Under the pieces are notes generated by a model. It did no database searches and was not told where the DNA came from. It saw only the letters and a list, made by a program, of their open reading frames with translations. Positions 19,455 through 28,572 of a stretch of DNA of 64,000 nt are shown here, one piece after another (position 1 is the first letter of the stretch; the number at the start of each line of letters is the position of its first letter). The position numbers and the translations under genes were made by a program. Source of the DNA: Methanobacteriota archaeon. Its GTDB lineage: Archaea; Thermoplasmatota; Poseidoniia; Poseidoniales; Poseidoniaceae. Location of the stretch: positions 39,233 to 103,232 of the forward strand of contig JABJMO010000031.1 of NCBI GenBank assembly GCA_018659375.1, written 5' to 3'.

Positions 19455-20585
19455 TCATTTTGTTAAATGGAGGTCGATTAATGCCTTAGCAGCACTTTTC
19501 CCAGTATCTACTGCAGCATCTGAAAGAACGTAATCCGAACTTACCCACTGGCCCGCAAGAAGAATATTGTTTTTAGCAAAAATATCCATTCCTAAAGTGC
19601 CATTATAGCCTACTATGATACTTGATTGGCTTAGCTCCGTAACGATATTATCTTGCCAACCAGAGATGTGCTTGTCAAGAAAATCTGCTAACTTTGCTGA
19701 GCGTTGTTTTGCTGATTGGTATGCATTGTCAGCGTCGTTAAGACCACCGACGGCAATTGCTGAAATGTGCGATCCACTAGCACCGAGTTTCGGTTGAATT
19801 GCAATATTATCAAATACTGCCATTTTGTTACCCGAATCAACGATTGCATGTTTACCCGCCATTGGTTTTGAGGCGATACCGGCCTCGATAAAGCTGGCAG
19901 TGATTTTACTAATATTAGCAAATTCCTGCCTAGCTAAATCCTCGTCCACGGTTTCGAGTAATTGTTTAGCCATATTCACTCCACAGGCTAGTATTAGCGC
20001 ATCGCATTCAACCTCTCGACCGTCGGTTAAACAAATTTTATTGTCATTAATTGTTGCCACCTCACATTTTGTTTCGATTAACACGCCTATTTCATCTAAA
20101 GCAGCACCAAGTCTACCTACCAAGCCAATCCATCCTTCATTTGAAATACACAACTTGCCCTTGCGAAGTGATTTACTGCGTTTTTGATTATCCCTGCCGC
20201 CCCAATTGGTCAGGAAACTTATGGCTTGGAAGTATGGATTTGTCGCCTCTTGATTTCTCAAGGCTCGGAGATTTTCGGCTGCTTGTTTGATATTGCCTGT
20301 TGGTCGAATTAAGCCGTGACCTGCTGCTTCAATTTTGTCTAATCGCAGAGGTTTCAATGAGATTTTCGTTCTGCTTAGCTTGTGACATAATTGGTAGAAT
20401 GGTCCCTTTTTGTCTAGCAAATGAGGTCCGTAGTGAAGTGAAAACCCGTCGACATTTTGTGATGTGCCTCGACCGCCTATGCGTGAGGACTTTTCCAGCA
20501 AAACAACGTGGTGTCCATATGATGATGCATGTATTGCTGCGGATAAACCAGCAATCCCCGCTCCGACAATTATTACTCGCGCCAC
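19455..20585 (-). CDS. FAD-dependent oxidoreductase (amine oxidase / phytoene dehydrogenase-like)
   Basis: IIVGAGIAGLSAA, LEKSSRIGGR, GPH, C-terminal LAGQW...DAAVDTG. GTG start. Confidence 0.82.
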   Translation of the reverse strand: MARVIIVGAGIAGLSAAIHASSYGHHVVLLEKSSRIGGRGTSQNVDGFSLHYGPHLLDKKGPFYQLCHKLSRTKISLKPLRLDKIEAAGHGLIRPTGNIKQAAENLRALRNQEATNPYFQAISFLTNWGGRDNQKRSKSLRKGKLCISNEGWIGLVGRLGAALDEIGVLIETKCEVATINDNKICLTDGREVECDALILACGVNMAKQLLETVDEDLARQEFANISKITASFIEAGIASKPMAGKHAIVDSGNKMAVFDNIAIQPKLGASGSHISAIAVGGLNDADNAYQSAKQRSAKLADFLDKHISGWQDNIVTELSQSSIIVGYNGTLGMDIFAKNNILLAGQWVSSDYVLSDAAVDTGKSAAKALIDLHLTK

Positions 20586-20639
20586 GGCAATGCTAAACTG
20601 TGATTAAGCATGAAACCATTGTTCGGATAGTTTGCTTGA

Positions 20640-21203
20640 TTAGCCTTGTCGGCCTTCAATAGCGGAATTTAGTAGCGTAATGGCTGCAACCATTCTTCTA
20701 TCCATTGGGTGGCCTGGTGGTATTGTTAACAACGACTTTCTGATAATTGGGTTAAATTGTTGGTGAATAGTTATACCTTCTTGGCCAGGAATTTCAAAGT
20801 GGAATTTAGCTGGGATAAGTGGTATAAATCGGCGTAGAATAGCAATACTGTCTTCAATTAATTCGCCGTATTGGTTTCCTTCAACGTCTAGTAGTTTCCA
20901 ACTATCTTTGATTATTGACTTCATGAAATTTCTCTTGACTGAGCCAATGTGTTCATTGGTTGACAAATCAAAAACGTCGTAGGTTGCAGCTAAATCAAGA
21001 ACGCTTCTGGCTTTAATTTGTAATAGGGCTACGGTACATGACTCATCAGCATACAATACAATGTCTTCTTTAATTTTGAAACGCTTTTGCTTGGAGTAAG
21101 CCACAACATTTCCTGATAAATCTTTGAACCAAAATGCTCCACCAAGAATTCGTAAAAATTTTGTTTGGATAAGATATTCGTCCATCTCGAATAGGGGGCT
21201 CAT
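20640..21203 (-). CDS. LURP-one/scramblase-like (Tubby C-terminal-like) protein
   Basis: KQKRFKIKEDI, LQIKARSVLDLAATYDV, IGSVKR..KSIIKDSWKL, and C-terminal helix DRRMVAAI. Confidence 0.65.
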   Translation of the reverse strand: MSPLFEMDEYLIQTKFLRILGGAFWFKDLSGNVVAYSKQKRFKIKEDIVLYADESCTVALLQIKARSVLDLAATYDVFDLSTNEHIGSVKRNFMKSIIKDSWKLLDVEGNQYGELIEDSIAILRRFIPLIPAKFHFEIPGQEGITIHQQFNPIIRKSLLTIPPGHPMDRRMVAAITLLNSAIEGRQG

Positions 21204-21340
21204 GTTCTTTGGTCACTATTCATTTTGATATAACTATTGGCTACTTTTGTTGTTTTCTAATTGCGCCCACAATATTTGAATAACAGTGTTATGATTGTAA
21301 ACAATTTGGTAATTATCGTGGTTGCTTGATTGTTATTGTT

Positions 21341-22300
21341 TTACATGTCAAGCAGATAGCCAAAGATTAGTGGCGCAACAATTGTTGCATCGCTTTCAAT
21401 TACGAACTTTGGCGTTGCTGCAGACAATTTGCCCCAAGTTATTTTCTCATTCGGTGGAGCGCCCGAGTATCCTCCATAGGAGGTGCTAGATTCACTAATT
21501 TGACAGAACCATGACCACAGGGGCACTGAACGTTGGAGATCTTGGTTAAGCATTGGTACTACACAAATTGGGAAATCACCAGCTATGCCGCCGCCAATTT
21601 GGAAGAACGCTAGTTTTGTCGATTGGTTTTCATACCATTTTGCCAAATTAGTCATGTAATTTATACCGCTTAACACAGTATTGGGATTGATTTCTGATTG
21701 TATAACATGAGAGGCAAAAATGTTGCCTAGTGTCGAATCTTCCCAGCCTGGAACAAATAAGGGAACTGCCATTTCTGCTGCCGCCATAACCCAACTGTCC
21801 TGTGGGTTGCCCTCAATCTTGAGTTCCCCCGATTGTAAGATATCAAAAAAGAATTCATGAGGTAATTTGCCTAAATTATTATTGGAATTATGGCGCCATA
21901 GCGGCAGCATTACTCGCTCAATTTCCCTAATTGCGGCGTCCTCGGGGATACATACATCGGTAACGCGGTTTAGTTTTCTGTTGAGCAATTCGGTGTCGTC
22001 TTGGCTAGACAAACTGCGCCAATCGTCAATTGATTCGTATTTTGACTGAGCGACCAGCAAAAAGACGTCTTCCTCTAGATTTGCGCCAGTACATGAAATC
22101 CCTGCAACAATGCCGCTCCTGATTAGTGGTGCTAGTGTTTTACCAAGCCTAGCAGTACTCATTGCTCCGGCTAAGGTGATGAATAAGCGACCACCGTCCT
22201 GGGTAAATTGAGTCAATGATTGTGCTGATTTACTCAACTCACCAGCATTGAAATGGTGATAATTAGTGTTGACGAACTCTCTGATGCTCAAATTATTCAC
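21341..22300 (-). CDS. Deoxyhypusine synthase-like protein (bacterial-type; possible homospermidine synthase)
   Basis: TLAGAMSTA, SCTGANLEED, NRVTD, PGWEDST, QIGGGIAGDF, SGAPPNEKITWGKL (active-site Lys), ESDATIVAP. Confidence 0.9.
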   Translation of the reverse strand: MNNLSIREFVNTNYHHFNAGELSKSAQSLTQFTQDGGRLFITLAGAMSTARLGKTLAPLIRSGIVAGISCTGANLEEDVFLLVAQSKYESIDDWRSLSSQDDTELLNRKLNRVTDVCIPEDAAIREIERVMLPLWRHNSNNNLGKLPHEFFFDILQSGELKIEGNPQDSWVMAAAEMAVPLFVPGWEDSTLGNIFASHVIQSEINPNTVLSGINYMTNLAKWYENQSTKLAFFQIGGGIAGDFPICVVPMLNQDLQRSVPLWSWFCQISESSTSYGGYSGAPPNEKITWGKLSAATPKFVIESDATIVAPLIFGYLLDM

Positions 22301-22676
22301 CTCTGTGCAAAAACCGATTAGCGGTTGACCTTTGCTCTAACACTATTGTTGGAGATAATTGTCTTAGCTGCTTATCAATTTCGTCAACAATTGCTTCTGC
22401 ATCAGTTCCGCCACAAGTAAAACAATCAATCGCTAACCAGCCTTTATCTGAATAACAATGAGCTGAAAAATGACTCTCATCAAGTAAAACTACAGCAGCA
22501 AAACCTGGAGGAGAAGTAGTTCCATCAAAAATTTCAATGTGTGAATGAACCCTTTTGGCAGTACTATTGTCGATTGTAGATTTCATGAGCTCTAGCATGG
22601 TCTTTCCCAACTCTGGAGTGCTTGGGAAAAAATCGGTATAGTCGACCATTACATGAAATCCGTGCGCCTTTGACAT
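22293..22676 (-). CDS. speD: Pyruvoyl-dependent decarboxylase proenzyme, AdoMetDC (SpeD/SpeH) family; substrate uncertain
   Basis: GFHVMVD, VLLDE|SHFSAH (autocleavage site), AIDCFTCG. Overlaps the start of the DHS-like gene. Confidence 0.8.
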   Translation of the reverse strand: MSKAHGFHVMVDYTDFFPSTPELGKTMLELMKSTIDNSTAKRVHSHIEIFDGTTSPPGFAAVVLLDESHFSAHCYSDKGWLAIDCFTCGGTDAEAIVDEIDKQLRQLSPTIVLEQRSTANRFLHRGE

Positions 22677-22694
22677 TATATTTACCCCGTATTA

Positions 22695-22808
22695 ATTTAT
22701 AGATTTTGAAAGTATGAAGTGGGTGGTTTTGGCTGGCTAACTTCACGACCTATTTATAGATTTTGAAAGTATGAAGTGGGTGGTTTTGGCTTGCTAACTT
22801 CACGACCT
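22695..22808. repeat. 57-bp tandem direct repeat (2 copies, 1 mismatch)
   Basis: ATTTATAGATTTTGAAAGTATGAAGTGGGTGGTTTTGGCT(G/T)GCTAACTTCACGACCT at 22695-22751 and 22752-22808. Mismatch is 22735 G versus 22792 T. Confidence 0.95.
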
Positions 22809-23752
22809 GCCACGGTTTGCTTAGTCCAGTTACCTACTCTTCTAGCGTTGATATGGTGGATTATTCCTTTTGTCGCCAATATTGCTGCGGTAAATTGGGT
22901 TAGCGGTGTGCCTTTTTGCGGCACTATCTCATTTACATCCATACTGATTACCACACCTTTGGTGGACGAGAATAATGCTTGAATTGTTTCAACTGTTTGC
23001 CAAAAAGTTAGACCCCCTGGCACAGGTGTGCCAGTCGCAGGAACTAAACTACCATCTAACCCATCAATATCGATTGTCAAGTGTATTGGCCCTTCGATTT
23101 GGCTAATTTCATCAATCCAATTCCCCCATATAGAGTTTGTAGATTTTTGAATTTCAGCGGCAAAATAGGTGGTTATTTTGTCATCGTTTTGGATGCGATT
23201 ATACTCGTGTTTTGAAAACGCTCTTACTCCAACTTGGAATAAATGCTTGAGGCCAAAGTCCATCGCTCTAGCCGCTGCGCAAGCATGTGAAAATACCTCG
23301 CCCTCAAGCTCTTCTCGTAAATCTGCATGGGCATCAATTTGAACGATTGTCAGTTTTGAAAAGTCGCCGTTAACCAGAGGATGGTTGCCTGCTGCGTGGA
23401 CTAATGCAGGCAATATGCCGTGCTCTCCGCCCAAAATTAATGGAAAGGTCTCGCCATCGTACCAAGGTGCGAGGTAGTTGGAAATGCCGTCTAGTTGCTG
23501 TGCCAAATTATTACCCTCGCCGTCCCATGCAGGCGGCGTACTAATGCGCTGTCCTGCTGGTAAATCTTCACCAAGTAACGGATCGAATAACTCAACTTGT
23601 CCACTTGCCTCAACACATGCTGCAGGACCTTCGCCCGTTCCTTGGCCGTAAGAAGTAGTCAATTCATATGGCACAGATAACACAACAATGTCGGGCTTGC
23701 CATCGGGTTTGGCGAGCCCTAGAAAATTGCCCTCAACAAACTCTTCTGCCAC
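22754..23752 (-). CDS. speB: Agmatinase (ureohydrolase family)
   Basis: PYELTTSYGQGTGEGP, GGEHG, DAHADLR, SHAC, GVR, TIDIDGLD, ATGTPVPGGL, DVNE. Confidence 0.9.
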   Translation of the reverse strand: MAEEFVEGNFLGLAKPDGKPDIVVLSVPYELTTSYGQGTGEGPAACVEASGQVELFDPLLGEDLPAGQRISTPPAWDGEGNNLAQQLDGISNYLAPWYDGETFPLILGGEHGILPALVHAAGNHPLVNGDFSKLTIVQIDAHADLREELEGEVFSHACAAARAMDFGLKHLFQVGVRAFSKHEYNRIQNDDKITTYFAAEIQKSTNSIWGNWIDEISQIEGPIHLTIDIDGLDGSLVPATGTPVPGGLTFWQTVETIQALFSSTKGVVISMDVNEIVPQKGTPLTQFTAAILATKGIIHHINARRVGNWTKQTVAGREVSKPKPPTSYFQNL

Positions 23753-23895
23753 AAACCCTGCCTAATGATTTTAGTTTTGAGGGTTTTCCTAGATTATAGT
23801 TAAAAATAGCCAAAATCACCGATGATTTAATATGGGTCGGTGTACAATATAATTAATGTTCTCGGACACTAAGTTCGGGGGCGGGGGTTTTTGAC

Positions 23896-24318
23896 ATGGG
23901 TATGACACTAGGAGAATTAACTAAAGCCATTCAACAACATATCGACTTAGATATGGATAGTGAGGTCGCTCAAGGAATGGCAGAACACGCACTCGGTTTC
24001 TTCGGTTTTTACAACAGAATCATCGACAACGCCCTTGAACCAACCGATAGAAATCTGTTTTACATGTTCCAAGATTACAATCTATTGACTACTGAAAGCG
24101 AAGAGACAACTTTGTGGGATGGCAGAGAATGGCGAATTCACTACTGGAAATTTAAGCCAGACCTCAGAGAAAGTGTTGAGGCGTACATGCAGAGAAGTAA
24201 GAAGACCGAAGATATCGATCCATTCGGCGATGTTTACTCCAGCGGTGATGCTGGACAGATTTGGACTCGTGAATCAGAAAAAGTTGTCAACCCCAATGCG
24301 TTTACTAGCGAATGGTGA
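23896..24318 (+). CDS. Conserved Thermoplasmatota protein (DUF6015-like)
   Basis: AEHALGFFGF..RIIDNALEPTDRNLFYM...LLTTESEETTLWDGREWRIHYW. Family name recalled from pattern, not verified. Confidence 0.7.
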   Translation: MGMTLGELTKAIQQHIDLDMDSEVAQGMAEHALGFFGFYNRIIDNALEPTDRNLFYMFQDYNLLTTESEETTLWDGREWRIHYWKFKPDLRESVEAYMQRSKKTEDIDPFGDVYSSGDAGQIWTRESEKVVNPNAFTSEW

Positions 24319-24361
24319 AGTAAACTGTTAGGCAAGCGTTTTTGTTGTTTAGCGGCTAGGG

Positions 24362-25768
24362 ATGTTCATGCGAGTTGCAATAGGTCTTGTCCTATGTATG
24401 CTGCTGGCAAGTATTCCAATATCCTCCGCTCAACCAGATTCTAAGGATGAGGATGCTTGGCCTGGTGACCCGATAGACAGTCACGTGCACATGACTTGGG
24501 CTGCGTTAACTCTAGAAGTAAATGGGTGGGCTGATGACTACCCCGAAATCGTCGATCTTGCCGATGTTGGAAAGTCCGAATTAGGCAAGTCTCTGTGGGT
24601 AGTTAGAATATCTGATTGGTCTATCGAGAATAAATCAGATGGAAGCGCCAAGGAAGTCGTTTACATTGATGGAGGCCATCACGGTAATGAATACCTAGGC
24701 ACAGCACTGGCTTGGTTATCTGCAAAGTGGTACATTAATGGCTGGGCAGAAGGTAATCAAGAGGCGATAGATGTTTTACAAAACACCGTGCTGCACATTT
24801 TAATTATGCTAAATCCTGATGGCAATGATATCGATACTCGATGGAATATAAATCAAGTTGACTTGAATAGAAATTACGATCATTATTGGAACACATGTCC
24901 AACAACTCAACCGGGAAGTAGTGCCTTCAGCGAATCTGAAACCGCAGCAAATTCGGCCTACATGAACGCTGAAGTTGCTGACGCTGATTTGTATGTCACC
25001 ATGCACACTGGTGTTTGGATTATGCTATACCCTTGGGGTAAGTGGCCTGAACAGCCTGCTGATTGGGAATTATATCATCAAATTAGAGATGATGTAAACG
25101 ACAATGTTTCTAGTATTCCAATTCAGAATGCCAATCAAGGATTATACCCAAATTGTGGCACTAGTAGAGATTATGGTTATGGTGTAATGGGATATCCGAC
25201 TTTTACTTTTGAAACCGATGATGAACAATTTGTTCCGGGATCTTTTGAGAATCTAAACGACCGATTAGGAGAAGAAATGGATGTTATGAGATTCTTGATT
25301 AACAACGTCTGGTATTGGCGCGCTAGACTAGATGTACAATCTCTTGAAGTATCTGATAATGAGGTGACAATTGATGTTACCAATCATGGCCATGCATCAA
25401 CGTCTAATGCTACTTTACAATATCTTGATTCAAATGGTCAGATTAAGTGGACTTCTTCAGCGTTTACTGTAAATGCCACCAATTCTACAATGATTGCTTT
25501 GGATGCTGGCGGGCTAGATTCTAGCGATGACGGGAGTTGGCAGATGTATTATCAAGTTAGAGTAATCAATGCCTCAAGGTGGGTGGCCGAAGAAATTGGT
25601 GTGCAGGCCGTCACCTTGGTGGAAGATGATGAGGCTAGTTTCTTGACCGGTTTTGGCTTGTTCAATTCCCTAACTACGATAATTTCGATAATCGGCCTCG
25701 CCGTTGTTATGAGGCCAGAGGATGAAGATTTGACCAATAATTGTCTTAGAGAAATACAAGAGAATTGA
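24362..25768 (+). CDS. Secreted M14 zinc carboxypeptidase with C-terminal membrane anchor
   Basis: Signal peptide, GGHHGNE (HxxE), NPDG, DLNRNY, FSESET, MHTG..LYPWG, FTFE (catalytic Glu), C-terminal TM. Confidence 0.92.
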   Translation: MFMRVAIGLVLCMLLASIPISSAQPDSKDEDAWPGDPIDSHVHMTWAALTLEVNGWADDYPEIVDLADVGKSELGKSLWVVRISDWSIENKSDGSAKEVVYIDGGHHGNEYLGTALAWLSAKWYINGWAEGNQEAIDVLQNTVLHILIMLNPDGNDIDTRWNINQVDLNRNYDHYWNTCPTTQPGSSAFSESETAANSAYMNAEVADADLYVTMHTGVWIMLYPWGKWPEQPADWELYHQIRDDVNDNVSSIPIQNANQGLYPNCGTSRDYGYGVMGYPTFTFETDDEQFVPGSFENLNDRLGEEMDVMRFLINNVWYWRARLDVQSLEVSDNEVTIDVTNHGHASTSNATLQYLDSNGQIKWTSSAFTVNATNSTMIALDAGGLDSSDDGSWQMYYQVRVINASRWVAEEIGVQAVTLVEDDEASFLTGFGLFNSLTTIISIIGLAVVMRPEDEDLTNNCLREIQEN

Positions 25769-25803
25769 AATGCTGCCTATCCTACGGCGTGGCAGGCGAT
25801 AAT

Positions 25804-27297
25804 ATGGAAATTACTATAAGCGCAAGTGACAATATCAACGGAACACTGATTTTACCACTGTATGAAGGAGTCGAAGAAATACCTGAAGAATGTGAAAGGG
25901 GTTTGCCTCAAGGAATGAAATCTCAAATTAATCGAGTTCTGGCTGACGGCGATTTCAAAGCCAAAAAGAAGGCCACTATGTCTTTAATTGGGGGAGAAGA
26001 TGGCAAGGTTATTCTTGCTGGACTAGGTAAATCAAGTGACGTTTCTGTTCACGATTTTAGAAAATCTGGGGCTGCTGTATTTGCTAGCATCAAAAAGGTT
26101 CACGGTAATGATTTCACCGTTAGATTCACCGAAGCTGGCGTAGGTCACATGGCTGCCTTTGCTGAAGGTATGATGTTGCGAAATTATTCTTATGACGAAT
26201 ACAAAATGAAAGATGAGGAAGAAACTGATGCTGAAAAGCAAATTAGACTTACCTGTAGTGAAAAGGAAGCTGAAGAGTTGTCTACACTGGTTAACAAATA
26301 TCGCGGCATAACCAAAGGTGTGCATCTGTCAAGAGATCTTGGTAACTGCCCACCAAATGATATGTACCCTGAAGTATTTGCCGATATGGCTTGGGAGTGG
26401 GCTAAAGAGTTCGACAATGTAGATGTTACCATTATCAATTATGAACAAGCGATCAAAGCTGGAATGGGTGGACTGGTCGCAGTCGGCAAGGGCTCATCTC
26501 GTAAACCGTGCATGGTCATTTTTGAAATGAATAAAGATATCAAAGGCAGATGCCCCGTGCTAGTAGGAAAAGGAATTACTTTTGACACAGGTGGAATTTC
26601 CCTAAAGCCTGGTGCAAACATGGACGAAATGAAATATGACATGGGCGGCTCTGCTACTGTCTTTGGTACCATGGAGGCTCTTGCACAAACAGGCCATGAG
26701 GGTAAGGTTGTCGCGATTACTTGTATGGCAGAAAATATGCCAGCAGCTAATGCAACACGTCCTGGTGATGTTATCAAGGGATTATCTGGCAAGACAATTG
26801 AAGTACTAAACACTGATGCTGAAGGAAGACTCGTTCTATCTGATGGCTTGTGGAAGGCCGGAGAGTACGATCCTGACTTTATTATTGACTTTGCCACACT
26901 AACCGGCGCTTGTGTAGTCGCACTTGGTCATGAGGCAACTGGTCTTTGGTCTAATGATGATGATTTCAGAACCGAAATACATGAGGCAGGAAATGCTGTT
27001 GACGAGCTTGCTTGGCCAATGCCATTACTTCCAGCATTTGAAAAAGAAATGACTGATTCAAAGATTGCCGACACTAGAAACCTTGGCGCTGGCCGCTATG
27101 GTGGGGCAAATACTGCTGCTGCATTCCTGAAACAATTCGTGCCAAACCGGGATTATGACAAAGATGGTGAGCAAATAACTTGGGCCCACATGGATATTGC
27201 TGGAACTTACTGGGGTGCAAAGAGTAATTCCATGGTAAAGAACGGCGCAACTGGAGTTCATGTCAGAACTATCCACCATTTGATTACCAATCGTTAA
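25804..27297 (+). CDS. pepA: Leucyl aminopeptidase (M17)
   Basis: VGKGITFDTGGISLKP, MKYDMGG, AENMP, EVLNTDAEGRLVL, DFATLTGA, WAHMDIAG. Confidence 0.95.
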   Translation: MEITISASDNINGTLILPLYEGVEEIPEECERGLPQGMKSQINRVLADGDFKAKKKATMSLIGGEDGKVILAGLGKSSDVSVHDFRKSGAAVFASIKKVHGNDFTVRFTEAGVGHMAAFAEGMMLRNYSYDEYKMKDEEETDAEKQIRLTCSEKEAEELSTLVNKYRGITKGVHLSRDLGNCPPNDMYPEVFADMAWEWAKEFDNVDVTIINYEQAIKAGMGGLVAVGKGSSRKPCMVIFEMNKDIKGRCPVLVGKGITFDTGGISLKPGANMDEMKYDMGGSATVFGTMEALAQTGHEGKVVAITCMAENMPAANATRPGDVIKGLSGKTIEVLNTDAEGRLVLSDGLWKAGEYDPDFIIDFATLTGACVVALGHEATGLWSNDDDFRTEIHEAGNAVDELAWPMPLLPAFEKEMTDSKIADTRNLGAGRYGGANTAAAFLKQFVPNRDYDKDGEQITWAHMDIAGTYWGAKSNSMVKNGATGVHVRTIHHLITNR

Positions 27298-27331
27298 AAT
27301 TAATGTTTTAGCAAACGATAGTTGGTTTATA

Positions 27332-27937
27332 ATGGGAAATCACACTAAACTGGCAAAATCTATTCATTGGAGTTTTATCGCCTTGTATGTTTATGGTATT
27401 TTCAAACAAGTAAATGCTTTAGAAGATCTTGAAGACAGTGGTCTGCTTATTTCTGAGATTATTTTTGCCACGGTTTTTATTATTATTGTGATCCTAAGAT
27501 ATTCCTATATGAGGCGTTTCAAGACATTATTGGGGGCAAGGGAGCCTGTACATATCGTACACTACTACTTTGCTCGTTCAGTCCACAAAGCGATGTATGC
27601 CTGTTTCATTCTACTTCCATTAACGGGCCTAATGATTGCGGGGTTGTATAACCAAGGATATACGGTAAATGCCACGCCTGATGAAGAGCAAACTGTGATG
27701 GATGTAGTATTAGATTTACATGGATTAGTGGCTGAAATCAGTTACCTACTGATTGTACTTCATATTGGAGCAGCAATCTATTCTCGAATTAAAGGCGAAG
27801 GGGTTTGGTCATCAATGGTGCCTGTGCTAAAGGAAGACAAGCCAACAACTAACCAGACCGTCAAGAAAATTGCCGCCTTCGAAGAAGGAATTTATGACAA
27901 GGTAGGAAATTGGTTTTCATCTAAAAGCAAGGATTAG
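27332..27937 (+). CDS. Cytochrome b561 / di-heme cytochrome b family membrane protein
   Basis: Four TM helices with His ligands (IHW, VHKAMY, LHG, LHIGAA) and the PLTG motif. Confidence 0.8.
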   Translation: MGNHTKLAKSIHWSFIALYVYGIFKQVNALEDLEDSGLLISEIIFATVFIIIVILRYSYMRRFKTLLGAREPVHIVHYYFARSVHKAMYACFILLPLTGLMIAGLYNQGYTVNATPDEEQTVMDVVLDLHGLVAEISYLLIVLHIGAAIYSRIKGEGVWSSMVPVLKEDKPTTNQTVKKIAAFEEGIYDKVGNWFSSKSKD

Positions 27938-27944
27938 TTATTGA

Positions 27945-28364
27945 TTAATCGTCAAAGACTTCTACTTCTACCATTTTCTTAACAAATTCTGTCATCTTAG
28001 AATTGAACCTAGTCGCCCGAACAATGTGGTTGTCTATCCAGTGGTAATTGCCGCCACGTGGTTTGCCGAACAAGCAGGTATGCCACTTGAAACCATGGTT
28101 TCCAAGCCAACGTTCAGTAACTGCGCGGTGTTCTTCCGCCCTCGCGGTAAAAAAGCAAATTTGGTGCCCTTGGTCGTACCATTTGTTTATCTGCTCTACA
28201 ACACCATCATAGCATTCAGCAGTTGCCATACGTTCTGGTTCCTCGTTGGGAATATCTTCGCAAATAGTCCCGTCTATATCGATTAAGAAATTCTTACAAT
28301 CTTCAGGCAATACTGGTGAAATGGCCATGCCGCGCTCATCTGTCTTAGTCAGTAAATCCGTCAC
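27945..28364 (-). CDS. Small HAD-superfamily phosphatase (capless type)
   Basis: IDIDGTI (motif I), FFTAR (II), GKP (III), WIDN (IV). GTG start. Confidence 0.82.
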   Translation of the reverse strand: MTDLLTKTDERGMAISPVLPEDCKNFLIDIDGTICEDIPNEEPERMATAECYDGVVEQINKWYDQGHQICFFTARAEEHRAVTERWLGNHGFKWHTCLFGKPRGGNYHWIDNHIVRATRFNSKMTEFVKKMVEVEVFDD

Positions 28365-28406
28365 AAATAGCGGTTGTAAGCCAGCCTAATGAACAAATTG
28401 CTGATA

Positions 28407-28532
28407 TCAATCGTGATGATGGACGGTCGTTGCGCCACAAACACGACACCATACCTTGGTACCGTTTTTCTTGGGGGTAACTCCGGTGATGTCAATTTTT
28501 ACCCCGCAAACGCAGTTTACTACTGTGCCCAT
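28407..28532 (-). CDS. 41-aa zinc-finger micro-protein (CxCG...CxxCG)
   Basis: Manual translation MGTVVNCVCGVKIDITGVTPKKNGTKVWCRVCGATTVHHHD*. Fills the gap between two co-oriented genes and is below the ORF-track cutoff. Confidence 0.75.
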   Translation of the reverse strand: MGTVVNCVCGVKIDITGVTPKKNGTKVWCRVCGATTVHHHD

Positions 28533-28572
28533 GGGCTGTCCCAAACATAGGTGATTGATGAAGTGAACGCTT

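Noticed and set aside
22695..22808. Direct repeat considered as a mini-CRISPR or insertion target duplication
   Set aside because: The two copies abut with no spacer, are 57 bp long and duplicate coding sequence. No cas or transposase genes are present.
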